Shown: in pieces, positions 37,565 through 51,773 of the stretch
How positions within the stretch are numbered: the first letter of the stretch is position 1
Layout: each line of letters opens with the position of its first letter
Assembly: GCA_973895155.1 (NCBI GenBank)
Contig: OZ316895.1
Coordinates: forward strand, 23,138,558-23,202,557
DNA: 64,000 nt
From: Marsupella aquatica
Lineage: Eukaryota; Plantae; Marchantiophyta
Direction of reading: 5' to 3'
Program-made: the position numbers and the translations under genes
The notes under the pieces: model-generated
The model's input: the letters and a program-made list of their open reading frames with translations, nothing else
Databases searched by the model: none
Told to the model about the DNA's origin: nothing

Positions 37565-38135
37565 TTTCCCCCTCTCTCTTTTCTATCTGCACCCTCACTT
37601 TCAGTTATGTCCTTAGAATCACACTCTAGATAGTAGAGCCAAGGAGTAGCTTTAATTTGATTGCAAATATATATTTTACTAGCCTGAGTGATTTACCTGT
37701 TCCTAGAATAAGTGGTGACCACAAAAAAAGGCCTTTGGAAGAAAAAGATTCATTATTATTTGCTGTTATCTTAGTTTTTTCCCACCCCCTTCTCTACCTG
37801 CACCCTCACTTCCACTCATGTCCTTAGAATCAGCGGTATAGGGGCTTCACTCTACACAGTAAGCCCACTAAATTGTTTCATTTTGATTGCAATTATATAC
37901 TTACATGGTTGATTACTTGTTCTGTGAATGTACGAGAGACTCTGTTTAAAAATGATTCCTTAGTGTTTGGTATTTATCTTTGCCCCATCTCTCTTCTCTA
38001 TTTTCACGCTAATTTTTAGTTATGTTCTTAGAGTCATGATCTAGAGATTTTACTCTGCCCCCATCCTTTTTATCTACAGTAGTTGCACACTCAATTTTAG
38101 TTATGTTCTTACACTCACGATCTAGAGATTTCACT
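37565..38135. repeat. Degenerate direct repeats (~4 copies)
   Basis: The motif ccc..tctct..ctatct..gcaccctca..tt..agttatgt.ctta recurs near 37568, 37785, 37982 and 38058. Confidence 0.55.
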
Positions 38136-38325
38136 CCTTACAGTACGTAGGCCCCTGTCCTTAGAGCCTATTGTCTAGAGTGAAGACTCTAGACAATAGG
38201 CTCGTGGAATATATAATTATACAGTAGATTTCACTCCATGCACAAGGCCCCTGTCCTTAGAGCCTATTGTCTAGAGTCTTCACTCTAGACAATAGGCTCG
38301 TGGAATATTTACTTATACAGTAGAT
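38126..38325. repeat. Two ~96-bp tandem units, each with a perfect 18-bp inverted repeat
   Basis: gagcctattgtctagagt-gaag-actctagacaataggctc at 38164-38203 and gagcctattgtctagagt-cttc-actctagacaataggctc at 38260-38299. Confidence 0.92.
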
Positions 38326-38399
38326 AGATTTCTGAAACACTTTCCAGTGATTGTACACACAGGCTGGTTCTTGAGTCTAGAAGGACCAACCTGTGTGTC

Positions 38400-38955
38400 C
38401 ACGGCAGCTTTTCTGTTCAGTTGAGGATTTACTTGTACTTGTACTTGTTTGTTTGAACTTGTTATTTACACTGTATCCAGTCTAGACTACTATTTATGGC
38501 AGCTTTTCAGTTGAGTTGCATATATCGAGGATTTACTTGAACTTGTTATTTATACAGTATCCAGTTTAGACTATTATTTTTCCCGTTGAGTTGAGAATCT
38601 ACTTTGAACTAGTTTGTTTGTTTGTTTGTTTGAACTTGTTCTTTACACTGTATCCAGTGTAGACTATTAGTTATGGCAGCTTTTATGTTGAGTTGCATAT
38701 ATCGAGGATTTACTTGAACTTGTTATTTATACTGTATCCAGTTTAGACTATTATTTTCCATTGAGTTGATTGAACTTGTTTGTTTTTTTGAACTTGTTCT
38801 TTACACTGTATCCAGTGTAGACTAGTATTTGTGGCAGCTTTTCTGCCCGCTTCTCTGTTGAGTTGCACATATCGAGGATTACTTGAACTTGTTATTTATA
38901 CTGTATCCAGCTTAGACTATCATTTTAGACTGCATCCAGTGTAGTCTATTGTTTT
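38400..38955. repeat. Minisatellite of alternating ~85-95-bp subunits (~180-bp higher-order period)
   Basis: ttgaacttgtt(a/c)ttta(c/t)actgtatccagt(g/t)tagacta recurs about 6 times; atcgaggatttacttgaac recurs 3 times. Confidence 0.85.
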
Positions 38956-41900
38956 AGACTTTCTCGAGGGCTAGACAGAGGTAGTACGTGGAACCTTTTG
39001 CAGTGGAGGGTGTCAGCTGTGGAACTTCTTCTGACCACGGTTACTGGCCACAAATTAGCTAGAAGGACGCCGCCATACCACAGTTGGCACTGCCTACCAG
39101 AACCTTACAATGTATGCAACAGAGAGATGCAGTGTAAGGTCTAGGCCAAAATGATCATGGGTACGGCATCTCCAGTACCTGGATCGAGAATAATTATTCC
39201 CAACAAAGGTCACCAGGCTCCTGGCTTAGTCCGGTTATACAGTACCGGGTAGCACAGGAAATAAATGATTATTATAGTTTTGGACGGGGACTGAGAATGT
39301 TTGTGGTGTCCTTGTCCTTGTGAAACTGGGATAATAATGTCATGTGCTTTTTAAAAGCATTCTAAGAATGTTGATGTAAATACTCACTTTCGATTTACAG
39401 ATTTTTTTATGTGAGAGAATGAAAATAGGAGAATAATACTTTGGCCTTGCATTACTTTCTAGGATGAAACATAAATAATGTTTAGTACAGGATCTGCGCT
39501 AACCAGGATGACTGGATAGTAATTACCTACAAATAGGGCATCAAGGGCCATAATGCCCAGGCAAACAAGAGCTTTGTCTCAAGTTTTGAAGGGCAATTAT
39601 TACTGCGCATAATTTGTGAGGTTAATACACTTTAATAACAGCCAAAGAGTTGTTTGATTTTTAGCAAAAGAAGAGGAGAGAAGTTTCACAATGCCTTGAT
39701 TCCCATTTCTTCACTGAGATATAGTTTGATGGACACTCAAATCCGCACTCAAAATCAAAAGTGTTACTTGATGGGACCTTGAGTGATCCAGATCCTTGAT
39801 AGGCTTTAAATCAACATACCCAAGATCTCAAGTCCCATCATCCTAGCCGTCCAGATCATGTACCTCTTTCTTCACTATAAAACACCAAAAACTCTAAATT
39901 GAAAAGTCACGAAGTGCATTAAGTGCGATTGCATTCAATGATCTGCATGTTACGTAGTAATAACCACTGCAAGGATCATATCATATCAATTGACCATGTC
40001 ATCAGATCAGCAGTCCCCACACGCCCCTTTACCACATACCAGTTGTACCAGTCCAGTCCACCACGCTGGTACCACGTACCGCAAGCTGGACTGCAGTACT
40101 GCAGTTAAGTACTGCAACGTACTCACTATAGGAGTACTGTCAAGGTACCGTATATGTTTTGGAGACCACCACTGATCTGGACGGCTGGGATGATGATGAT
40201 GTAGCAGCTAGAGTTGCAGCAGCACTGAATGGGATTGGAAACAACCTTCCAGTTGCAGCACTACCATGCCAAGCCACCGACCATTTAATCTTTCAGATTC
40301 TTAATAACCTACCCCCATATTACCAGAATTTTCTAACTAAGGTGTTTCCCAAAATAATTCGTTTACTACTCTGATCCTATTTGGTGTATGGGTGTATGGG
40401 TTAGTATTCATTGACTCAGCAGAGCTAACTAGCTCGACCTCTTTTCTGATTGGTGCAGGGTCTCTCGCTGCCACATAACGAAGTACCATTTGATACGGGC
40501 ATAGCTCACCAATCCGCCCCCATCTCCCCCTCCCCGCATGCTTCTGGCCAAAATTCCATTGCCTACAAGTGCAACAGAACCCTGCTGCAGCATTAAAGAA
40601 AACTTTTTTTAAAACAGCATTTTGTGAGAAACACTGCTGGTTTTTTACTCTGTTTTGTTTGGCTGCACTTGTTGGCCTTGGACATTTTGGGTGGCAGCAC
40701 AAGGAATGGGCCCGGAGATCCGGTTTGAGATCAATGGATTAAGCCCACAGCATCAAAGTCAGTGTTTTCATCAAGAGACTTTCAGGGTGTGCATTGTTTT
40801 CGGACATTATCAAAGTGGGAAAATAATATTTTTGAGCTTAAGCTTGGCAAAGATTGTCTCTGAAGCTTGAATGGACTTGCAAAGGTCAGATGGACTTTCT
40901 GTGGGCATTGAAGTAGACTGTCTTGGATAACACTTGTTACACTACCAACTCAAATGTGACCTGTACACTGACCACTTTGAGTCTATTTTGGTCACTTTGT
41001 TTACCTTGTGCTTTGTAACTTACATTGGTAGTTGCTGCTCAGGCGGTACTTGTTTGCCTTATCACAATTGATCAGTTCCCCTTTTTTACTCCCCTTCATT
41101 GGGTTGCTTTGCCTTTGGAATTTTGTCTCCTGGTTTGGCATTTTTGCCCTTGGGCACTATGTTATATATTTATCAGTCTCTTTGAGAACAAAGTTTAGTG
41201 CTGTGCACTGTACTCCGGTGTCCTTGGTTACAGTCTAGTGGGGTCCTGAATCTGCTGCAACAAAACAATAACAAAAGTTTCCTCAGTTTGCTCATCATGC
41301 ACAAACTACTCAGGGTGTGCGTCCTTCCCAACTTCAGCAATGCAGTCAATCCCATTAATTTTTCTTTTCATTTGCGTTCTCCATAGGGATGAGCTCTGGA
41401 TTCTAATATTTTGGCATGGCATTTATTTCCTTGGATACAAGGTAACTAATATTCTGCTCACGTCCTCAGTCTGGGAATCAGGATGGCATGTCTACTGTAG
41501 TCTAGCTTATATATTTGGTCAGCTTTTAGTGCACTGCCCACTTACTTGCATTGCCCCAATTACAACACAATAGAGGAGACTAGAGACAAAAATGAGCTGC
41601 ACTCAAATGTAATTATAACACAATCAATCTCATTGCATTAACGAAACTCATGGGACACAACCCCAGATAGACCAATTCTTACTTTTTGGGCAGAGGAGGG
41701 TCAGAGGGTGCAGGATAGACAACAGTCTTTGACAAACAACTCTGATAAATCAATGGAACTTGGATGAACTGTTTTGAGGCGTTTCTTTAACTGCAATAGT
41801 GGCTTTCCTTCCCGCTTCCCTTTCTAAAAAGGGTGACACTTTGGGTCTCAGAAGCTCTTAGATTCACCTGAGTTGTATAATTGAATATTGTGGTCCATCT

Positions 41901-43999
41901 TAACATCTTTTTTTTTAAATTCATTGATTGAAACTAGTATAGTCTTGCCATAAAAGGTCTGGTTGTAACTGAGATGGAAAGCCAGAAAATTTTAATTTAT
42001 TTTACTTTAAAATCAATGCTAAACCATTGGATGGCCCCCACAGTTGGGGGCACATCTAGAAGAGAGTGACCAATTCCAAATTTATCTGGCTTTGGACATA
42101 ATAATTTGAGGTCATTGGATTAAGCCGAGGGGTCTGGCGTGCATGCTTGGTTCATGCTCACAGAAAGCCAGGATTTGTAGCAATTTGTGGTTACTTGGAA
42201 TATGTGCATTCATTTGATAACAATTCTGTTTTAGTCATGGAACTTGGGCCAAGTGTCCTGCCAAAATCTGAGTCTAAACGTAATTAAACGTGCATTGTTT
42301 CTATCGCTAGCTATCTTAAGGAGCTAATTTGGGAGTGAGGCTAGCAAGGCGTCAGTCGTTTGGAAATATTTTGACCTGTTAGATATATGTCACTAATATG
42401 TAGAAATTTATTATTAAGTTTTAATTTTGTGAGTCAACTCAATTAAAAAAATTGGACAGAAAAAAGTCATTGGTCAATAGTAGATTCTTTAATCTAGCCA
42501 GGTCAGGTGAATGAGAAGGCTTGGAAACATACAGGTTGACCGAATATCTTAGATTTTATAATCTAGCTGTGTCAGGGAAATTAAGATCTAGCTTGACTGA
42601 AAAGGAATTGACTACTTGAAATTTTAGATTCATTGATCTAGCAAGGCAGCTAAATCTAGCAAAAAATCAAACAATTTTGTGTATATGTAGATTAATATAT
42701 ATTAAAATTCAACAAAGAGATTTTTTTCCAACAAAGTAATCTTTGCCTGATAGAGATGATATCATACATAATTATCCATATTGTATAATTATGCAATACA
42801 TGAGCAAAGTGACTCAACACCAATTATGCTAATTGTAAACAAATATTGATTAATCACCCTACTCATTAAAAGTGTATTTATTTTGTTCACTTTTAGGCCT
42901 CTAAATATTCACTTTTTGGTCTCTAAATGTATACTTTTAAAACCCAAAAGGTACACTATAATACAATACTCTACACCTAAATGGTCAATTATAAACTTGA
43001 AAACACAAAAATGATCTTTACTAGAAGGAGTCTCATCCTAGTTCATTTACAAAGGATGAACATGGTGATATATCTGATGACCATCACCTTTATTTCTTGC
43101 CCAATTGTACACTTTTTGAAAGCCAAATGTACACTTTCTAATACCCAAATGTTCAGATTTTGAATAATAATTCACTTTTAATGAATAGATTGATATTATC
43201 AATTAACTTGCTAGCTACAGTATCTATTGTAAATAATTGGCTCAATTTGGTGGTGTTGAATTATAGCTGGCTGTTGTGATCATACTTGTAACTAGCATAG
43301 CTTGCCACATTCTAAGTGCATTCTCTCTGTCTGATGTCCTCACTCTAGTTTGAGGGTGTTTAAATTACTCATATTGAAGTGTGCTCAATCAGGGCTTTGT
43401 GCCATGCCTCATTTTTTGGCCCTCTCAAGTCCCTGGAAAAATACTTCACTTTCTCATAAGCTCATTTGATTTGCAACATCTTCAACAAGAAGCCTTAAGT
43501 TTAGGCACTCTTGTAAAAAAATTACAAAGACAAAGAAAAAGAAAGACCAAAAAATGGCCAAAACTACTATATAGTTTTGGACAAAATTATAAAGTAACAA
43601 TTGAAAATACTAACATGACACTCGTTTCATCACCTACAAGAATGATCTTGACTTATTTTCAATAAAAATCCTACCTATATTTTTACTATGCCATTTTTGA
43701 GCAGTTTTACCAGAACGTGATTTGTTGAGTGATTTGTATTTTAATGAACAATCAAATTACCTTCATAATTCATTAGACTCAAGAGTAGTTCAAAATCATA
43801 AAACATCCTCGACAACATCATAGCTTTTCTTATGACTCTCCACAAACTCAAAGGCCAACACCTCGGCTATTAAAAAAACGAAACTTATCAAAATTCAAAA
43901 TCATGTATTCATGAACAAAGGAACTCACTTAATTCCCAATTTCTAAAGTTCTCATTTTCTATATTTGTAATATCCATGTAACAAACAACACATAAAACT

Positions 44000-44700
44000 G
44001 ATGACTCAGTAGCATGCCATCAAACATAATTTTTTGGGGGAATGTTGGACTCCTCATGATCAACAACTCGTTCAACCTTGGCCACCCAAAGTGCTTGTAA
44101 TTCCTTTCCAACTAGAGAAATAACAATGTTGACTTCAAGATATGAAAAATCCCCTTCCATGTTCTCCTTCTCTACATCTATTTTTTCCTGGTTCCAACAA
44201 GGACCAGCATATATGTCCTAAGTAGGTCCATAAATTCTCTTTGATTTCTTCTTCATTCATCAAGAGAATAGTTGGAACTTAGACATTAACAATGGTCTTC
44301 TTTTCAAGAGCTTTATATAGGCCGCTAGAAAAGAAATATCAGTGGCCTTTGATCACTGAGCAAAGGTTTATTGATTTCCTGTTGTTTCTCAAAAAGCCTT
44401 GAACCAATTGACTTTCTCTTGTGAAAATAATGTTTGAACTGCAAAATAATATACCATTTTGATTTTTGTTCAACAATCATCTATCTCACTAAAAGTCACA
44501 TTTGAAGAAGTAGACAACTTTCGTTGGGTCCTTGTGCCCATGTCGTCCCGTTTCTTCTCCCTCTTTTTGGAAAATGGCATTTTGGGAGCACAACCTCGAG
44601 GACAACCCATACTCTTTTGTTGCTCCTCCTCCCTCAAGAAATTTATGTCAGCGTCCCTTTCTAAGTAGAGTTGTGGAGAATTTTGCCCCCATTGTGCTCA
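44000..44700 (-). mobile_element. Highly decayed coding remnant, possibly a DNA transposon
   Basis: Minus-strand frames give broken charged peptides (LREEEQQKSMGCPRG...KKREKKRDD; LQALWVAKVERV) with many stops. Confidence 0.2.
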
Positions 44701-47660
44701 AATGTGATCTTTGAACTTGTCAAATACAAATTTGTATTGGTGACAAAAGGTAATATTTTGTATCATCTCAATAACCAACACCAGATCTGATCCACAAATG
44801 GACACATTATGTGTGACAAATTAAAGCACATGATCATTTAATTGGGAGAACATTAGGGTCTTTTAATAAATACAATTTTGAGACTTATGAGAACATTACC
44901 TAGGGTACTTTGCCAAAATTTTGGAATAATGCAAGAATATTTTAACTTAATAGGGGTAAATAATAAAACTTCTTACATTTTAGGAGGTCCGAGGCTTCAT
45001 ACTGCCGGAGGTGATGGGGAGGCCTCTATATAATCTAGTTGGGGTTGATACAACTCACGATAGTATAATTGAGGACCTTCCCTATGGACTAACACTAGGA
45101 AATTCACCCTACCGCCCTTGTTGGCTGAATTTTGTTACGGACCCCATTAGAGGTCCTTTCCAAAATTTGAGACTCCACAGCGCACCATGTCATCATGGCG
45201 CGCTGCAAACAAGAACAGATTATTTTGTGTGCAAATAAATATAACTCATCCTTTCGTGTTTGTGGCAAAATTTGGGTAAAATTTAGGACACCATGCCGTA
45301 ACACATAATCTAATTTTTTTTGACATAACAAACCCAATACAATAATATTGAGGTAAACCAATGTTCATAACCGTTTTAGTTGTCTTTTCTTCTATTAAGT
45401 AACACTATAAGATAAGTAATAAATAGTTGAATATTGGCAACCATAACCAACTCTGCATTTGGTGCAAGGCAAGCAGAGTCACCCTAGACGCAACAAGCTC
45501 TGACTACCGAAGAGGGACATTGAACATCATGGAGATTGTCATTATGCAGAGTGCAAACTCATAGTGAAATGCTGAAGACAAGGTCAATTGTAAATGAAGC
45601 AAAGACAGAAGATTGGAACTCAATAAGACTGTGTGTCGATTTGATAACAGGGGCAAAGCGCGAATAATGCTTCCTTCAAGCTGTGCATTGTGAGCCAAAG
45701 TTGCATAGAGGCCCCACTGTGGTCATTGCCATTAAGAGGTGCCATATGATTCCTGTCCATCCTTTCTAATATCATGCGTTTTGATTGTCTTGTAAATTGC
45801 ATAGATCAAATTTCTGATCCAGAGAGTGGTGCAAAGATTCAGGTCATGGTAGTAACATGAAGTCATGCCAATACTGTTGTTATTTGCTTGGATTGTGCGC
45901 AAATGGACCAAAAACATCTCTCCCTCCCTCTCTCTCTAATTATCTTTCTCTGGTAAGCTCTATGGGGATCAAGAGGGCAATGAAAAGTAAGTCATCAGCA
46001 TGCGAGTGAGTGAATGTAGTCAAGAGTGTGGTCGGGGCCTGTGAGGCACCCCAAAGCAATCAATTGTGCTGCTCCTATAACTTTGACAACACAAGACCGG
46101 TCAATTTGGTCCACCAGCCCCAAGTCTGGATCCAAAGCTAGCATGACCAGACTCTGTGGTGGGTTCAAGTGCCCCGATTGAAGTACCTCTATACAGAAAA
46201 GTTCTAGTCGATTCTAGATCACCAGCTCATCAATTTGCTCGATTAAAACATCTTGTAATGTCATCATAAGCCAATCGCTTATGTAGACATTCCACATAAC
46301 TTGAAATTTTGGAGACGTCCTCCATTCTGCAAATTGGCATTCTGCAAAAAGATAATCCTCCAGAATCAAGGATCCTCTAAAAAACGGTGTCAATCAATGG
46401 TGTACCTGCACTGTCAGGCTTGCTCTCTGGACTGTGAGGTATCCATGGGCCGACAACATCCATAAGATTCCGGCTGAAGTTCCAGATTTTACGAGCGCTC
46501 TGGAGACAATGGTTTGCGATTGACACCATCAAAGAGTCGCCCTTATGAGTGATTGCAATGTGTACGTTGTTCTCTGCCGTGCCATTTAATCAGCCAGAGA
46601 AAGCAAAATTGTTTCATTTCCTCTACAAAGTTCTAATGTTTAGAGGAACTGTCTCTCATTGTCCATCCGTTCATTTCAACACTCACAGGACTCCCGTCCA
46701 CGCTTGCTGAATTGCAGCGCTGATCACTTTTGCTGTGCTGACACTCCCTGTTTTGAAGCGTTTGTTAGCAATATCACAAGCGAATACAAGCAAATGCAGC
46801 CCAAACACAAAAGAGATAGGGGTCCACAAACTTATTCAGTTGAAGTGATGTTGGACATAAAACTGACCCAAGAACGTCTGATTGGCAACTAGTGATAGAA
46901 ACATAATTATTAATATGATATCATATACACCTTATTGTCAAATTCAGACGTCTCAAACTTGGGTTGTGGTTGAAAGTTACAAATTTATTATAATCATCCC
47001 TTTTTGGTTAGCCGTCACTCTAATGCAAGAGCCATCATTCACCACTTCATCCAAAGCCTATGTGCCTTCAATTGCCACTTGACAACTTTACAAAAACTTG
47101 TCGACTGAAGGTTATTGGTTAAGTGTTAAGCAGGGTGTTGAGCCTGTGGACTTTCCTTATGGTACCTGAAGATTCATTTGACTCCTGCAACTTTTATTCC
47201 CATGACTATTGAGTTAGAGGAAGAGTTTATCCTGCATGGTATGCAGATTGACTCCCATTATAACTTATATTCCCATAACTATTGAGCTATAAAGAAGAGG
47301 TTATTCTAGTATGACACATCACATGCAACAGGGCATCAGGTCGATTTAGTTATTGCAAGGGAAGACTTAAATTTCTTTTGTGAAAGAAGATGAGGGTCTT
47401 AAGATATGGATTTATAACCAAGTTGTAAATTATTCCAAGGATATCCAAGTCAATAGAGGTGAAAACATTCCCATTTTCATAAGGCTGTTGATCTACTTAG
47501 AGCCTTCAAAACATTGCGTGTGATGGATGCCCCCATATAGTGAGACACTCAAGTCCTGACAAGAGTCTCAATGCTCTGGCAATGAAACTTTGAAATTCAA
47601 GTTTGTTTATCAATTTGTAAACACTTGTAAGTCCACCCTTCACATTGCCTTTGGGCTCTT

Positions 47661-47905
47661 TTTTTGTTTTTGTTTGTTTTGTTTTTTTTGGAAGAGACAG
47701 TGCTCAAATTGATATTCAAAGAAACCGCGGCGAAAACCAGCGGCACGGAGAACAACAAGCCCACAGGGCCACACACATGCTACAAAACCCCAGAGGACCA
47801 GGGCAATAGACACCCAAACACCGCAGCGGGGAGCGAAACAGCCACCGAAAAACAGGGAAACAACTAACTCAACTTGGGCCGAGAGTGGATCAAGATCAGA
47901 TCTGA
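47661..47905 (-). mobile_element. 5'-truncated non-LTR retroposon (LINE tail or SINE) with A-rich tail
   Basis: 14-bp TSD gcctttgggctctt at 47647-47660 and 47906-47919. The T-rich tract at ~47661-47689 is a decayed poly(A) on the minus strand. Confidence 0.85.
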
Positions 47906-48748
47906 GCCTTTGGGCTCTTGTCTCCCGGCTTGGCATTTTTGCCCTTGAGCTCTGTTATATATACATTGCAAGTGGTATATGGCTTAAGCTTCCGTCGACA
48001 GATCACGGGTGACTAAAGTGAAGGGTGCGAGAACCCAAACCCAAAGTAGACACAGAATGTAAACCAAAGTAGATCACGTTGGAGCAAGCAGACACATTGG
48101 GGAGGCATTGTATGGGGCTTTAACTAAAGGGGGGAGCATTAACTTGGGGTAGAAGGGTTTCCCGAGGGCACATTCTTACAAAGTGAAGTGTGGGTAGAGC
48201 CCTCACCACTCTAGCTCAAAAGTTCATTTTGAGGTCCCCTGTTTTCTCCCTGTGCAGGGTCTGCCCATGGAGTCTTCCAATTGAAGTAGGGGTCGAGAGC
48301 TCACTAGCTCGAGAATTCGGTTTGGGAGAAATCTGGGTTCTCTCTTCTTCCAGATGGGATTTGACGCATTGAGTTTCGATTGTTCAATAATTGAAGCAAG
48401 AAAGTGTTGGCTTCCAGTGAAGCCCATGAAAGCGTCTACTGCTATTGCTGCATGACTTGCCCTGATGTGCGAAGATTGGGTTCTCTGAAGGGGTTTTTCA
48501 CAGCTCGTCTCAACCTTACTCCTGCTCTCTGCTGGACAGACTATGGGTTGTGAGCCCCTAAGTATTATTCTCTGGGAGGTTTTGTTCGCTTCTCAATCCG
48601 GAGTCAATCTGTTTACGAAGGCACAAGAAACCCTAAACCCTAGACTTGAAGAGAAGGAGAACGGGCTTAGGCACAGCGGAAATTGAAGTGGCTTGTGTCT
48701 CGTCTTCCAAGAGTTATTTAATTTCAGCGAGCTTCAATTCGAGAGGGG

Positions 48749-50299
48749 ATGGAACCTGCAATATCTGACATCCGCTCCTTTCTCCGGTAAGTTGGCTCCC
48801 ACAAGTCCATGTTTCGCACTCATGGTCCTGGCGTTGAGCAGAAATTTGGATGAGTTTAGCAGGAGAATTGTCTGAGAATAAGATTCTCAAAACCCAGGCT
48901 GTAGGTTGATGTTAAGGGTGTTTCTTCCGAAAAGATGTTGGGAGTGAAAACCAAGAGAATTGTAACGGGCTTACCCTACAACTTGGAATGGTTGTTGGAA
49001 AGAAGTACAAAGAGGTCATCTAATCACACAAATCTGGAAATGGAGGAAAATATATTGTAGTCACGGATGTTCGAATTCACAAAGTTTTTGTTGAATTTGT
49101 TGGGAATCCCACTTCGGAAAATCCTTGCAGGCTTGCGTCGCTCCTTGACAATTGGCCCTTATTTGATAGTACCTCCCGGACAGATGGACACGGACATTCT
49201 TCTCACCTAACTGGGAAAACACAATGCAGATACTACACTGGACATCCTCGGGAGGTCAAAGCATCCCGGGTCATTGATTTCAAGTCCGAGCGGCAATTCG
49301 TAGAACTGCTTCACGAAGGAGTACCTGTGGTGGTTGCCTTCACTATAAGGTCTGTTTTTCTGACGTCGGTTTCTTTGGGTTTAGGGTTCAAGGATTTGGA
49401 ATGTTTTATACAAGATGCTTTCACTAGATAGATATATGCTTCCGTAAAATCTTGATAGTATTGTTTGCACATTGTCAAGCTTCAGAGGTTTCTTACCAGG
49501 TAAAGTTGTGGTGCTGCCAGATGTCCGTGGACACGCCGGTTTGATAGAGTAATGGAGGATGCTGCTGCAGAGTGGTATCCACACATCAAATTTGTTCGTG
49601 TATGTCAGATCTATCTCCTGTCCTAGAACGTGGGTTGCTGTCATAGACTTCAATTTTGACTCGGACTGATTGTTGTTTCTGTATGCCGGGACAGATTGAA
49701 TGTCCCAAGTATCCTGGATTTTGCATAGCACGCCAGAGAAAAGATTACCCGTTTGTCGAAATATTTCATAACCCCAAACCGGTACGGGTTTCTCACATTC
49801 GTCCACATGTTGGTTGCAGATGGTTGATGGATGTTGTATTCCATTCGCTGTCTAAATGAATTTCCTCGCTCTACTTGGATTTCTAATGATCTTCAAGTAC
49901 CACTCTTTTTCTTAATTATTCTTGCACTAATATGAGAGGATCACGGGCCCTGTTGTGTTTTGTAACAGGGAGAAACTGAAGGCTCGCGTGAGGGCTCTAT
50001 TACACGCTATTCTGTGAAGGTTCTTCCAGTGAGTTACTGGGTTGTAAACTATCTTCACGTCTAGATATTTTATCTGCGTTTGCTAGTTTTTCTGTGCTAT
50101 GTGAATTGTGAGGTCTGTCGATGCCGGGCAAAATGATTCACATACGTTTGTAATGCGGAATCACCAGATTGAATATTCGGCTTATCGGTCCTAATATTGC
50201 AATGTTGTATTCTTGCAGTTCAACTATGACGTGAGTCCTTATGGATTCCGTGAGTTTTTCAAAATTCATGGCCTCTCCGAACAAACCATGCGACCATAG
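48749..50299 (+). CDS. Thioredoxin-superfamily protein (At5g57230-like); exons 48749-48786, 49131-49349, 49521-49599, 49695-49781, 49969-50028, 50219-50299
   Basis: The spliced product reads MEPAISDIRSFLRLASLL...GHGHSSHL...RYYTGHPREVKASRVIDFKSERQFVELLHEGVPVVVAFTIR...IECPKYPGFCIARQRKDYPFVEIFH...ITRYSVKVLPFNYDVSPYGFREFFK. All introns are GT-AG and in phase. Missed by the ORF track because the exons are short. Confidence 0.88.
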
Positions 50300-51773
50300 A
50301 GTCTAGTCCCCATGGGACAGCTGTAAACATTTTCTACAAAACACCAGGCCAATTTGTTTGTGTCAATTTATTCTGGAAGACCGACTGAATAAAGCTGGTT
50401 TTTTAGGAGCATAAGTATCTGACAAATCAGTGTAATAGAGAACAGACATGCCACCCTCGTGGCAGATTACATTGTAACCGGAGGTGACTGAACTTGCAGT
50501 CTAGGAGACGGTTGTTGAAGTGTGAGTGCGGAACCTTTAGTTAATTTCCCCACCCCTACTGTATTCCAGGAAGACCACAATATGTTTGCACTTCAAGTCT
50601 TCGGGCAATGAATGCAACTCTACAGTAACTTTCAAGGCTGCAATCAAATCTTTAGCGACTAGTGAATACTGAATTGTCTTTCGAGACATGTTTCTGTTCC
50701 ATCGCCGAAAAGAGATTGCACTGCATCGTTTAAACATACTTCCAAGTTGGGGAATCCATTTTAAGCACTGCATCGTCTACAAATACGTCCAAGTCGGGGA
50801 ATCCATTCAAATTCCATCTGTGAAGCTTGACACATATACTATTATCTGGAATTACCGACCTTTCCAAACCGTAAGTGATGATCACGACCGCCGTGTTCAA
50901 TTCTGGTACAAGGAGAGGGCGATTTCATTAGCTTTACTACCTCTACTGCCTTCAACTTATTCACTCCAGAACCGATTGGCTTTATTAACTCTAGATCCGA
51001 TGGTTATTCCTGGAAATTTCGTATGAACAATAACGCATTGCTGACACGTGCTAATGAATACTTTTCGTGCACAGTATAAATTGCGTGTTTATATTTGCAA
51101 ACTGTATTTCCAAAGATTAACTCTGTGAATGCAAGTGTCAGGACATTGAGATTGAGTTCGCCAGGGTAGTATCCTCCACAGTGCATGATGAGGTTGATGC
51201 ATTATCCAAAAAAAACTTATTCCCCGAAAGCCACTATACAAGGGGGACACTGTGATGCAAGGAAATTGATTCGCCTCTGTGACAACACTGAGTAACATTA
51301 TCCGAGGAATGCGCACAAGTTTATTTTTCTTTCCATAAAACCCCTGCTATTGGATGTAAAAGGCATAGCCCTCCTATTGAAGCAAGTAATCGCATCTGCT
51401 GACTCAACATAACTCAAATAGCTGAAAAGCCTCCCAGTGAACTTGGACAACCCTCTGAAAGTTGAGGTCTGAGGTGGAATATTTACAATGTTTGGCTGTG
51501 GCGTACATTCCGATCGCGTCTATATCACCATTATAGCACCTGAATAATGGTACAACTCGAGGAGTAGAGGATGGGGTTGATTGTCAAAAGCCCTAACAGA
51601 TCGATCAATAAATTGGCCTGTACATCTTTGTGTTGACATCGTACTCTTGCTCTAATACCACACCTCGGGAATCATGATTTCAAATTTCGGTGCGTTAGAT
51701 AGAAGGACACGAGAATGGTAACATAACCGCAACATAGCTTTCTCATGGGATCTTGATCTGATTCACTTCCCAA

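Noticed and set aside
40159-40870. Possible gag-like or gene remnant (DDDDVAARVAAALNG...)
   Set aside because: Too short and broken to assign; no termini found.
46060-46600. Coding-like composition suggesting a decayed gene
   Set aside because: Stops in all frames examined and no recognisable motif.
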